Shown piece by piece: positions 17,923 to 25,621 of a DNA stretch of 36,220 nucleotides. Position numbers and translations under genes: made by a program. The stretch covers positions 1 to 36,220 of the forward strand of contig JBCNUW010000021.1 in NCBI GenBank assembly GCA_039630575.1. Direction: 5' to 3'. The stretch comes from Candidatus Hydrothermales bacterium (GTDB lineage: Bacteria; Hydrothermota; Hydrothermia; Hydrothermales; JAJRUZ01). How positions within the stretch are numbered: position 1 is the first letter of the stretch; each line of letters begins with the position of its first letter. The notes beneath the pieces are model-generated. The model was not told where the DNA came from. It searched no databases and worked only from the letters and a program-made list of their open reading frames with translations.

Positions 17923-18770
17923 AAGAGCTAAGTGTTATTATAGTTAATTATTATTCAAAAAATTTAATAAAAAATCTTTTAGATTCTTTACCTTTTAAGG
18001 TTAAAAAAGAAGCAGAAATAATAATTGTAAATAATTCTCCATGTGAAAAGATTAAATTTGAAGATTATCCTTCTTTGAAAGTAATAGATAATGAAATGAA
18101 TTTGGGATTTGCAAAGGCTGTAAACATTGGTTTAAAGGTAAGTAATGGTGAATATATTCTTATTGTTAATCCTGATGTTAGATTCATTAATGGTTTTGAA
18201 AGTGCTTTTGAATTTATAAAGAAAAAAAAGAGAATAGGGATGCTCGTTCCACTTATGCTTAAAGAAAATGGTGAGAAAATTCCTCCGTGGAGAAATACAG
18301 AGTCTCACTTTAGAACCTTTTTATTCTTGTTAGGATTTGCAGATTTTATTAAAAAAAAGGAAAAAAGGAGGATAAGAGAAAAGTTTGTTCCAGTTGCTCC
18401 TTGTGCCTGTGCCTTGTTTCCCTCAATTGTTTTTAAAAAGATTGGTTTTTTTGACGAAAATTTTTTCCTTTTTAAAGAAGATGAGGATTTTGAAAGAAGG
18501 TTAAGAAAAGAAAAATTTTTCGTTTATTTTTACCCTGAATGGACTGTCTATCATGAATTCGGTGGAACTCATAAAGAAAGTCTATTTACCTTTTATCACA
18601 GAATAAGATCACTTTATTATTTCTATAGAAAGAATCAAAAGATAATGTATCCTGTGATAAGAGTTTTGATGCCAATTTTTTTTCTGTTTAAATCCATATT
18701 TTTAAAAGACTTTAAGTATTTTTTAATTTCTTTAAATTTTAAAAGTTTCTTAAAAAATGTAGATCTTTGA
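17919..18770 (+). CDS. Family 2 glycosyltransferase (WbbL-like)
   Basis: LSVIIVNY, IIVNNS, NLGFAKAVN.G, VNPD and GFFDENFFL..ED.D; GTGA overlap with the upstream stop. Confidence 0.88.
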   Translation: MKELSVIIVNYYSKNLIKNLLDSLPFKVKKEAEIIIVNNSPCEKIKFEDYPSLKVIDNEMNLGFAKAVNIGLKVSNGEYILIVNPDVRFINGFESAFEFIKKKKRIGMLVPLMLKENGEKIPPWRNTESHFRTFLFLLGFADFIKKKEKRRIREKFVPVAPCACALFPSIVFKKIGFFDENFFLFKEDEDFERRLRKEKFFVYFYPEWTVYHEFGGTHKESLFTFYHRIRSLYYFYRKNQKIMYPVIRVLMPIFFLFKSIFLKDFKYFLISLNFKSFLKNVDL

Positions 18771-21143
18771 GAAATCTCCTATATTCAAAACCCTTTTTGC
18801 TAATTTCCTTATATTTTTTAATTTTACATCCTTTAAATTTTCTTTGATAAAGTTATCAAAGTTTTCTCCCAAACCTACATAAATGTAAAAACCTTTGTAG
18901 AAACTTCTTGTTTCAGGATTTGATAGTCTTCTTATATAGTTTCCTAAAAAAGAGTTCATTGCAATTTCAAATTCCTCCTCTCCTATTTTTCTTTTTATAT
19001 CCTCAAAAATTTTTTCCATCACATTTTCTACCTTTCTTAAGTTTTCTTTATCTGTTCCTATCTCATAATAAAAAAGTATCTTTTGAGGATAGATTCTAAT
19101 TCCAGATGATAGTCTATAGGAAAGTCCTAACTTTTCCCTTATTATTTCTTGCATTTTTTGGGTTAAAATAAGGGAAAGGGAAATATAATTGAGAATTTCT
19201 TCCCTATTTTCAAGATCAAAAATTCTACCCCCCAAAATGTAGCTCTGCTTTAAATTTAATTTTATCGAATCAATGAAAAGTTCCTCATTTATTTTGAGTT
19301 TTTCTAAAGGTTCATAATTTGATATTTCTTTTAATTTATTTTTTAAAAGACTATCTGGGTTTTCTGATTCGTAAGTTATTATCATATTTTCTTTTTTTAA
19401 AATTTGAGAATATCTGTATAGGTCATCTAACGTAATTTTCTCTATTTTATTTTTATCACCGTAAAGTGATTTTCCCTCATCTTTGAATAGATTCTTTTCA
19501 AATTCCTCCCAAGCCCTTATAAAGGGATCCTTTTCTGAAATTGTTCTTGCTAAAATTGCCTCTTTTTTTGAGTTTTTTAAAATAAAAGTATCGAACTCAG
19601 GTTTTAGTAGTTTATCGATAAAGTCAAAAATTTTATCTCTACTATCCGAGGCAAATACAACTCTTATATATGAAAAATCCCATCTGTGATAGTAATCATC
19701 AAATGGTATGTAAGGGTTATCGAATGTTTTTACCTTTAATCCTTCTTTTTCAATTATTTTGTTTATTTTTTCATTTAAAAGTGCCCTAAAAAATACCTGA
19801 GAAATACCATTTTTGGATTGTTCTTCAGCTTGAATTCTTTTTTTAAAAAGTATATGAATGGACTCTGGAAAAACAACTCTTTTTTCAACCTTTTTAGACT
19901 CTGAAACAATCACTGTTTTACTATTAGAGTTATTAAAGAAGTTTTTAAAAAATTTAATAAAATCATTATATTCTGTTTCCCTTATATTTTCTATGATTTT
20001 TTCCTTTAAAAGAGGGTCTTTGTAAATAAGGTAATTTGCCAGATAGAAAACAGTGTATACAGGATCAAGATCATCGTAAACTTTTTGCTTTAAAATTTTT
20101 TCTTTTAATCTTTCAAAATCTTCTTTTTTTAGGCTATCTAAAAAATCTTTGACAAAGGAATCTAATTTTTCATCTATATGAATTAGACTATCTTTACTTA
20201 AGTTATTCTTGAGAGTTAAGTTAAAGAAAATAACACCAAATCTTCTTTTTGGCTCATAGCTTAAAGAAGCCTCCAAAATTTCTTTAAATTTTTGTTTAAA
20301 TTTATTTAATCCTTGATCAGAATTCATAAGCTCTTCAAGTAAGATAAAATAAGAAGCTGAAGTATGGTTAATTGGTGGTGCCTCAAAACACTTAAAAATA
20401 TAAAAGTTTTTAGCATTATCCAAATTTAAAAATATTCTTTCACCGTAGAATTTTTGTAAATTTAAATTTTTTTCGTCTAAGAGTTTTCCTCCTTTTAATT
20501 CTCTTCCAAATGTTTTTTCAATAAAATCAAAAAGTTCCTTTTCATCTATATCACCATTTAAAAATATTACCATGTTATTAGGTACATAAAATCTTTTATA
20601 AAATTCAATTACTTTCTCTTTTTTTAGATTTTTTATCGTTCTTTCATATCCAATAATTGGATGTGAATAGTTGGTTCCTAGGTAGATAATAGAGTCAACT
20701 TTTTCCTTTGTAATGTTAAATTCTCTTGATCTATCCTGATAGATTTCTTGTAAAACAACTTTTTTTTCTTTTTCAAATTCTTTATCAGGAAAGGTTGATT
20801 TAAAAATCATAAGGTATAAAAGGTATATTCCTTCTTTATAGTTTTCATCAGGTCCGGAGAAGAAATAGGCTGTGTAATCTTCTCTGGTAAAGGCATTTAC
20901 ATAAAGTCCAAGTTTATCAAAATTTTTATTAAGTTCTTCTCTTGAGAATTTTTCATTACCGTCAAATAGCATATGTTCAAGAAAATGAGTCATGCCTTCA
21001 AATCCTTGTTCTTCGTTGAAGCTTCCAGAGTTTACAATAAGAAGAAAAGTGAAGATGTCTGTTTTTTCCTTTTTTTTGTAGATAACATGAAGACCGTTTT
21101 GTAGGTTAAGTGTAAGATAAAAGGTTAAAAAAATTATTAACAT
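18750..21143 (-). CDS. M16 (pitrilysin/insulinase) family zinc metallopeptidase
   Basis: NGL.V, GS..E..G..HFLEH (HxxEH), NAFT..D.T.Y, FY.PNNM and IREKLGLSY; SD GGAGG upstream. Confidence 0.9.
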   Translation of the reverse strand: MLIIFLTFYLTLNLQNGLHVIYKKKEKTDIFTFLLIVNSGSFNEEQGFEGMTHFLEHMLFDGNEKFSREELNKNFDKLGLYVNAFTREDYTAYFFSGPDENYKEGIYLLYLMIFKSTFPDKEFEKEKKVVLQEIYQDRSREFNITKEKVDSIIYLGTNYSHPIIGYERTIKNLKKEKVIEFYKRFYVPNNMVIFLNGDIDEKELFDFIEKTFGRELKGGKLLDEKNLNLQKFYGERIFLNLDNAKNFYIFKCFEAPPINHTSASYFILLEELMNSDQGLNKFKQKFKEILEASLSYEPKRRFGVIFFNLTLKNNLSKDSLIHIDEKLDSFVKDFLDSLKKEDFERLKEKILKQKVYDDLDPVYTVFYLANYLIYKDPLLKEKIIENIRETEYNDFIKFFKNFFNNSNSKTVIVSESKKVEKRVVFPESIHILFKKRIQAEEQSKNGISQVFFRALLNEKINKIIEKEGLKVKTFDNPYIPFDDYYHRWDFSYIRVVFASDSRDKIFDFIDKLLKPEFDTFILKNSKKEAILARTISEKDPFIRAWEEFEKNLFKDEGKSLYGDKNKIEKITLDDLYRYSQILKKENMIITYESENPDSLLKNKLKEISNYEPLEKLKINEELFIDSIKLNLKQSYILGGRIFDLENREEILNYISLSLILTQKMQEIIREKLGLSYRLSSGIRIYPQKILFYYEIGTDKENLRKVENVMEKIFEDIKRKIGEEEFEIAMNSFLGNYIRRLSNPETRSFYKGFYIYVGLGENFDNFIKENLKDVKLKNIRKLAKRVLNIGDFSKIYIF

Positions 21144-21790
21144 ATTTTTCCTCCTTTTTTTATATATTTTTCTGCTAGCACATTTGCTTCTTTTAAGAAT
21201 TTTGTGAAAAGTTCTTTATCTATGTTTTTTTTATTATAAATATAAATTGGTGAAGAAATAAAAACAGTGCAGCGTGAGAAGGGAAACGGGATCATGAATT
21301 TATCCCAGGTGGGAAGTTCAATTTTTTTTGAAAAAGCTACTCCTACAAGATATATGGGTGTTTTTGATAGATAGGAGATGAAAAGTGCACCTTCTTTAAA
21401 AATTTCTCTTGGTCCCTTTGGTCCGTCAGGTGTAATTGCTGCGAGTTTTCCCATTTTTAAAGCCTTTATCATTTCTCTGAAGGCTCTGTCTCCGAATTTT
21501 GTGCTTGATCCTCTTATCACAACAAATCCAAATTTTTTAAGAGGTTTTACTAAGAGTTCTCCATCTCTTGAAGCAGAAATTAAAATTCTTATTTTTTTAT
21601 TTTTATAAAAATAAATTAGAGGAAAAAAAGATTTGTGCCAGAAACAAAAGAGAGCTTTTTTTGTAGGAAATTCTCCTATCTGTTTGAATTTTATTGTTTT
21701 TAAAAGAAAGTAATAAATTATAGGCAAAAATCCCTGAACTAATTTTATGAGAGTTTTATTTTGTAACAAGGGTTCCGAGCCTTTCACCAA
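21137..21790 (-). CDS. DUF374 / lysophospholipid acyltransferase-family protein (start uncertain)
   Basis: FWH, LISASRDGE, IRGSS..G, ITPDGPKGP and WDKF.IP.PF. Confidence 0.85.
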   Translation of the reverse strand: MVKGSEPLLQNKTLIKLVQGFLPIIYYFLLKTIKFKQIGEFPTKKALFCFWHKSFFPLIYFYKNKKIRILISASRDGELLVKPLKKFGFVVIRGSSTKFGDRAFREMIKALKMGKLAAITPDGPKGPREIFKEGALFISYLSKTPIYLVGVAFSKKIELPTWDKFMIPFPFSRCTVFISSPIYIYNKKNIDKELFTKFLKEANVLAEKYIKKGGKIC

Positions 21791-22460
21791 ATAAGACTTT
21801 TTTAAGAACCCCGTTTTTTGTTATGTTAAATACAATTATTTCTATGTTATTTTCTTTACATAAGGCAACAGCTGAAGCATCAAGAATTTTAAGATCATTT
21901 TTTATTATTGTATCATAATCAATTCTATCATACTTTATTGCATCTTTATTTTTAACAGGATCCTTTGAATATATTCCATCTACCTTTGTTCCTTTAAGAA
22001 AATATCTTGCAGATATTTCAACAGCTCTCAAAGCAGCTGCTGTATCTGTTGAGAAAAAGGGATTACCTGTTCCAGTGGCAAAAATAACTATCCTTCCTTT
22101 TTCAAGATGTCTTATCGCTCTTCTTCTTATATAAGGTTCCGCAATCTGTTTTATTTCAATTGCTGACATTACTCTTGTTATTTTACCCTTCCTTTCTAAA
22201 ATGGCTTGAAGGTAAATGGAATTAATAAGAGTTGCAACCATTCCCATGTAATCGGCTGTTACTCTATCAATCCCAAGTTCTTTACTTTGTATACCCCTTA
22301 TGATGTTGCCACCACCAACCACCACAGCTATTTCAAAGCCAAGGTCATGAATTTCCTTTATTTCTTCTGCAACTCTTAAAAAAGAGTCTGCGTCTAATCC
22401 AAAACCAGATGAACCTAATACTTCTCCACTTATTTTTAAAAGTATTCTTTTATTCTCCAT
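21756..22460 (-). CDS. pyrH: Uridylate kinase
   Basis: RILLKISGE, GGGNIIRG, ADYMGM and GNPFFSTDTAAALRA; SD AGGAG 8 nt before ATG 22460. Confidence 0.96.
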   Translation of the reverse strand: MENKRILLKISGEVLGSSGFGLDADSFLRVAEEIKEIHDLGFEIAVVVGGGNIIRGIQSKELGIDRVTADYMGMVATLINSIYLQAILERKGKITRVMSAIEIKQIAEPYIRRRAIRHLEKGRIVIFATGTGNPFFSTDTAAALRAVEISARYFLKGTKVDGIYSKDPVKNKDAIKYDRIDYDTIIKNDLKILDASAVALCKENNIEIIVFNITKNGVLKKVLFGERLGTLVTK

Positions 22461-22504
22461 CTTCCACACTCCTTCTTTTCTTATTAATTTTCTTTTTTAA
22501 AAAT

Positions 22505-23104
22505 TTATTGCTCCCCTATTCTGAATCTTGCAAATCTTTTTACTACTATGTTTTCTCCAAATTTTGTTATGTACTGTTTAATTAAGTCACCAACTGTTAT
22601 TGATGGATCTCTTATATAACTTTGTTCAAGTAAGCATTTTTCTTTATAGAAGTTTTCCATTTTTCCGTCTACTATTTTCTGAATTATATTTTCCGGTTTA
22701 CCGCTTTCCTTTGCTTGTTCGTAATATATTTTTCTTTCTCTTTCAATTATATCCTGTGGAATGTTTTCTCTTTTTACGGCTATTGGACTCATGGCTGCTA
22801 TTTGCATAGCAATTTCTCTTGCTAGTCTGATAAATTCCTCATTTTTTGCAACAAAATCAGTTTCACAGTTAAGCTCTACCAAAACACCAAGTTTTGAACC
22901 TGGATGAATATAGGCTTCTATTATACCTTCTTTTGCTTCCCTATCAAGTTTTTTTTCTGCTTTTGCAATACCTATTTTCCTTAAAATCTCTATTGCCTTT
23001 TCTATATCTCCATCTGATTCAATAAGAGCTTTCTTACAATCCATTATTCCGGCTCCGGTTCTTTCTCTTAGTTCTTTTATTAATTCAAGGTTAATTTCAG
23101 GCAT
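22505..23104 (-). CDS. tsf: Elongation factor Ts (short ~200 aa type)
   Basis: IKELRERTGAGIMDCKKAL and ELNCETDFVA; SD AGGAGG. Confidence 0.97.
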   Translation of the reverse strand: MPEINLELIKELRERTGAGIMDCKKALIESDGDIEKAIEILRKIGIAKAEKKLDREAKEGIIEAYIHPGSKLGVLVELNCETDFVAKNEEFIRLAREIAMQIAAMSPIAVKRENIPQDIIERERKIYYEQAKESGKPENIIQKIVDGKMENFYKEKCLLEQSYIRDPSITVGDLIKQYITKFGENIVVKRFARFRIGEQ

Positions 23105-23840
23105 TCTGTTCCTCCTTTAATTTTGCTTTTCCTCTCAGATAGGCACTAGTTAAAACTCTTGTAATATATTCTATTGATTTCATAGCATCATCGTTTCCAG
23201 GTATAGGATAATCAACAATTTCAGGGTTTCCATCAGTGTCTATTAAAGAAACTATCGGAATATTTAACTTTTTTGCCTCTTTTACTGCCAACTCTTCCTT
23301 AACAGGGTCTACTATGTAAAGAAAGCCAGGTAATTCATACATTTCTTTTAGACCACCTAAATTTTTCTCAAGTTTCTTATAAACTATTAAAATTTTTTGC
23401 TGTTCCTTTTTAGGATACTTTTCAAGTCTTCCATCTTCTCTCATTTTTTCTATTTCTCTCATTTTTTCAATCCTTGTTCTTATTGTCTCAAAATTTGTTA
23501 GAAGACCTCCAAGCCATCTTTCAACAACGTAGTAAGCTCCTGCTTTTGCTGCATACTCTTTTATGATTTCCTTACCTTGCTTTTTTGTACACACATAAAG
23601 GGGTATGGCACCCTCTGAGGCTTTACTTTCTACAAATTCTATTGCTTGCTGAAGTTTTTCAATAGTTTTATTTATGTTTATTATATGGATTCCCTCTTTT
23701 TTACCGTATATATACTCGCGCATCTTCGGATTCCACCTGTAGGACCGGTGTCCGAAATGGACACCATTTTGTAAAAGTTCCTCTACACTGATTTTAACGT
23801 TTTGAATACTGATGAGCTCTTCTGCGTTTTGTGAGCCCAT
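23097..23840 (-). CDS. rpsB: 30S ribosomal protein S2
   Basis: GVHFGH...WNPKM, RWLGG.LTNF and DYPIPGNDDA; the start lies inside the 3' end of rpsI. Confidence 0.96.
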   Translation of the reverse strand: MGSQNAEELISIQNVKISVEELLQNGVHFGHRSYRWNPKMREYIYGKKEGIHIININKTIEKLQQAIEFVESKASEGAIPLYVCTKKQGKEIIKEYAAKAGAYYVVERWLGGLLTNFETIRTRIEKMREIEKMREDGRLEKYPKKEQQKILIVYKKLEKNLGGLKEMYELPGFLYIVDPVKEELAVKEAKKLNIPIVSLIDTDGNPEIVDYPIPGNDDAMKSIEYITRVLTSAYLRGKAKLKEEQNA

Positions 23841-24183
23841 ATTTCATCCTCTCTTTTACTCTTGAATCACGCGTTAACATCCCTCGCGACTTCATAACAG
23901 CTCTAAACCCTTCATTATACTGAACAAGAGCTTTACTCAAAGCATACCTGATTGCACCAGCTTGTCCTGACAGACCTCCTCCTTCTACCTTAACAATAAC
24001 ATCAAAGTCATTTTCTTTCTGAACAACTTTCAGAGGTTCAAAGGCATGGATCACAAGGTCTTCTCTTTTAAAATATTCGGTTGGTCTTTTTCCGTTTACC
24101 CAAATTTTCCCATTACCAGGGCGAAGCCTTAGTCTCGCCCTTGCTGTTTTTCTTCCTCCTGAAGTTAAAATTAATTCACTCAT
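23794..24183 (-). CDS. rpsI: 30S ribosomal protein S9
   Basis: GGRKTARAR, GGGLSGQAGAIR, LTRDSRVKER and C-terminal QYSKR. Confidence 0.97.
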   Translation of the reverse strand: MSELILTSGGRKTARARLRLRPGNGKIWVNGKRPTEYFKREDLVIHAFEPLKVVQKENDFDVIVKVEGGGLSGQAGAIRYALSKALVQYNEGFRAVMKSRGMLTRDSRVKERMKYGLTKRRRAHQYSKR

Positions 24184-24185
24184 AA

Positions 24186-24629
24186 TTACTTGATTTTCTC
24201 TATTTCAATAGGTTCTGGTTTTTGAGCCATGTGGGGATGATTTGGTCCAGAATATACTTTCAATCTTTTTATTAATTTTTTCCCCAATTTATTTTTTGGT
24301 AACATCCTTTTTACAGCAAGTTTTATAATTTTTTCTGGATTTTTATTTAAAAGCTCTTTCATTTTTTGAGCCTTAATTCCACCCGGATAGCCTGAATGAT
24401 GATAATATATTTTATCTTTTAGTTTTTTCCCTGTAACTTTAATTTTTTCTGCATTTATAGCTACAACAAAATCTCCTACATCAAGGTGAGGTGAATAGAG
24501 AGGTTTTCTCTTACCCATCAAGATCATTGAAATTCTTGAAGCAGCTCTCCCAAGAACTTTTCCACTTAAATCAACAAGGTACCATTTCCTTTCAAATTTT
24601 TTAAAACTCATAGGAGTAATTTTTTCCAT
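24186..24629 (-). CDS. rplM: 50S ribosomal protein L13
   Basis: RKWYLVD..GKVLGR, GDFVV.INAEK, HSGYPGG and [11 protein letters not shown] 24629 is preferred because the longer ORF start runs through the promoter. Confidence 0.96.
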   Translation of the reverse strand: MEKITPMSFKKFERKWYLVDLSGKVLGRAASRISMILMGKRKPLYSPHLDVGDFVVAINAEKIKVTGKKLKDKIYYHHSGYPGGIKAQKMKELLNKNPEKIIKLAVKRMLPKNKLGKKLIKRLKVYSGPNHPHMAQKPEPIEIEKIK

Positions 24630-24638
24630 AGACAAATT

Positions 24639-24668
24639 ATTATACAATTTTATACTAAAATTTTTCAA
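24639..24668 (-). promoter_or_regulatory. Putative promoter of the rplM-rpsI-rpsB-tsf-pyrH operon (near-leaderless)
   Basis: Minus strand TTGAAA-18 nt-TATAAT, then 9 nt to the ATG; no SD. Confidence 0.55.
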
Positions 24669-24673
24669 ACTTT

Positions 24674-24703
24674 TTGAATTCTTTTGTTTAATTATTTTAT
24701 ACT
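24674..24703 (+). promoter_or_regulatory. Putative leaderless promoter of the M23 peptidase operon
   Basis: TTGAAT-18 nt-TATACT-caaatt-ATG. Confidence 0.55.
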
Positions 24704-24709
24704 CAAATT

Positions 24710-25615
24710 ATGAAGGAAAGTTCAAAGAAAGGATTTTTAATTCATGTTGTTCCACTGAGTGGTGTTGGTAAGGTTAGAAGATATCTTATGACCCATTTTT
24801 TAGTTAAATTAATAACAGGCACAGTAATTTTTTTTCTCATACTAAATTTATTTTTATTAGTTTACTTATTTAATATCGAAGTTGATAAGAGCAAGTTAAA
24901 TTTCTTGATAAAGGAAAATTCTTTTCTTACAAAGAAGATTAGCTCATTAATGCTAAAAAACGACTCATTGATTAAAAAGATAGAGAAGTTAGCAAATGAG
25001 ATAAACAGATTGAGGAATCATGCTGGTCTTGATGCTATAGATGAGGATTTTTTAAAAATGGGAATAGGTGGTAGGCTAATACCTAATCAAGATTTGAAAA
25101 GTCTCGAAAAGAGAATTGATTATATGTTAAATCTTGCCCGTGAATTTGATAATAAGTTAGAGGAAGTTAAGGATATTGTTGATAAAAAGAAAAATGAACT
25201 TGAACATACTCCTTCAATTTTACCAGTAATTTCAGGTTTCATAGTTTCAGGATTTGGTTATAGAAGGGATCCCTTTACAGGTAGAATTAAACTACATGAG
25301 GGTATTGATGTTTCATCAGGCTTTGGATCACCTGTTATTTCAACGGCCAAAGGTAAAGTTACATATTCTGGTTGGAGGGAAGGTTATGGTCTTACAGTTG
25401 AAATTGATCATGGTTATGGTTTTAAAACAATATATGCTCATAACTCAAAGAATTTAGTACAAGTTGGTGAAACTGTTAAAAGGGGAGAAATAATAGCTTT
25501 GATGGGTTCAAGTGGAAGAGCAACAGGAGTTCATGTTCATTATGAAGTTAGACTTTTTGATAAACCTTTAAATCCTATAAATTTTATCATTCCTGATCAC
25601 CTTTACTTTGATTAA
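24710..25615 (+). CDS. M23 family peptidoglycan endopeptidase with N-terminal TM helix and coiled coil
   Basis: SGFGYRRDPF, HEGID (HxxxD), YAH and HVHYEV (HxH). Confidence 0.92.
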   Translation: MKESSKKGFLIHVVPLSGVGKVRRYLMTHFLVKLITGTVIFFLILNLFLLVYLFNIEVDKSKLNFLIKENSFLTKKISSLMLKNDSLIKKIEKLANEINRLRNHAGLDAIDEDFLKMGIGGRLIPNQDLKSLEKRIDYMLNLAREFDNKLEEVKDIVDKKKNELEHTPSILPVISGFIVSGFGYRRDPFTGRIKLHEGIDVSSGFGSPVISTAKGKVTYSGWREGYGLTVEIDHGYGFKTIYAHNSKNLVQVGETVKRGEIIALMGSSGRATGVHVHYEVRLFDKPLNPINFIIPDHLYFD

Positions 25616-25621
25616 GAATTT

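Noticed and set aside
15349..18770. Calling the kinase-helicase locus a known defence system (Gabija, BREX/Pgl)
   Set aside because: Partner genes (GajA-type nuclease, PglX, PglZ) are absent and the neighbours are folC and a GT2. It is kept only as a hypothesis.
21821..21831. TTATGTTAAAT, identical to the XerD arm of a dif site
   Set aside because: It lies inside pyrH coding sequence and has no XerC-like arm at the correct spacing.
24630..24668. Longer N-termini in the ORF track for rplM (also pyrH, rplO, yajC, DUF2905)
   Set aside because: The extensions run through promoters or upstream genes. The downstream ATGs have better SD or coupling support and match family lengths.
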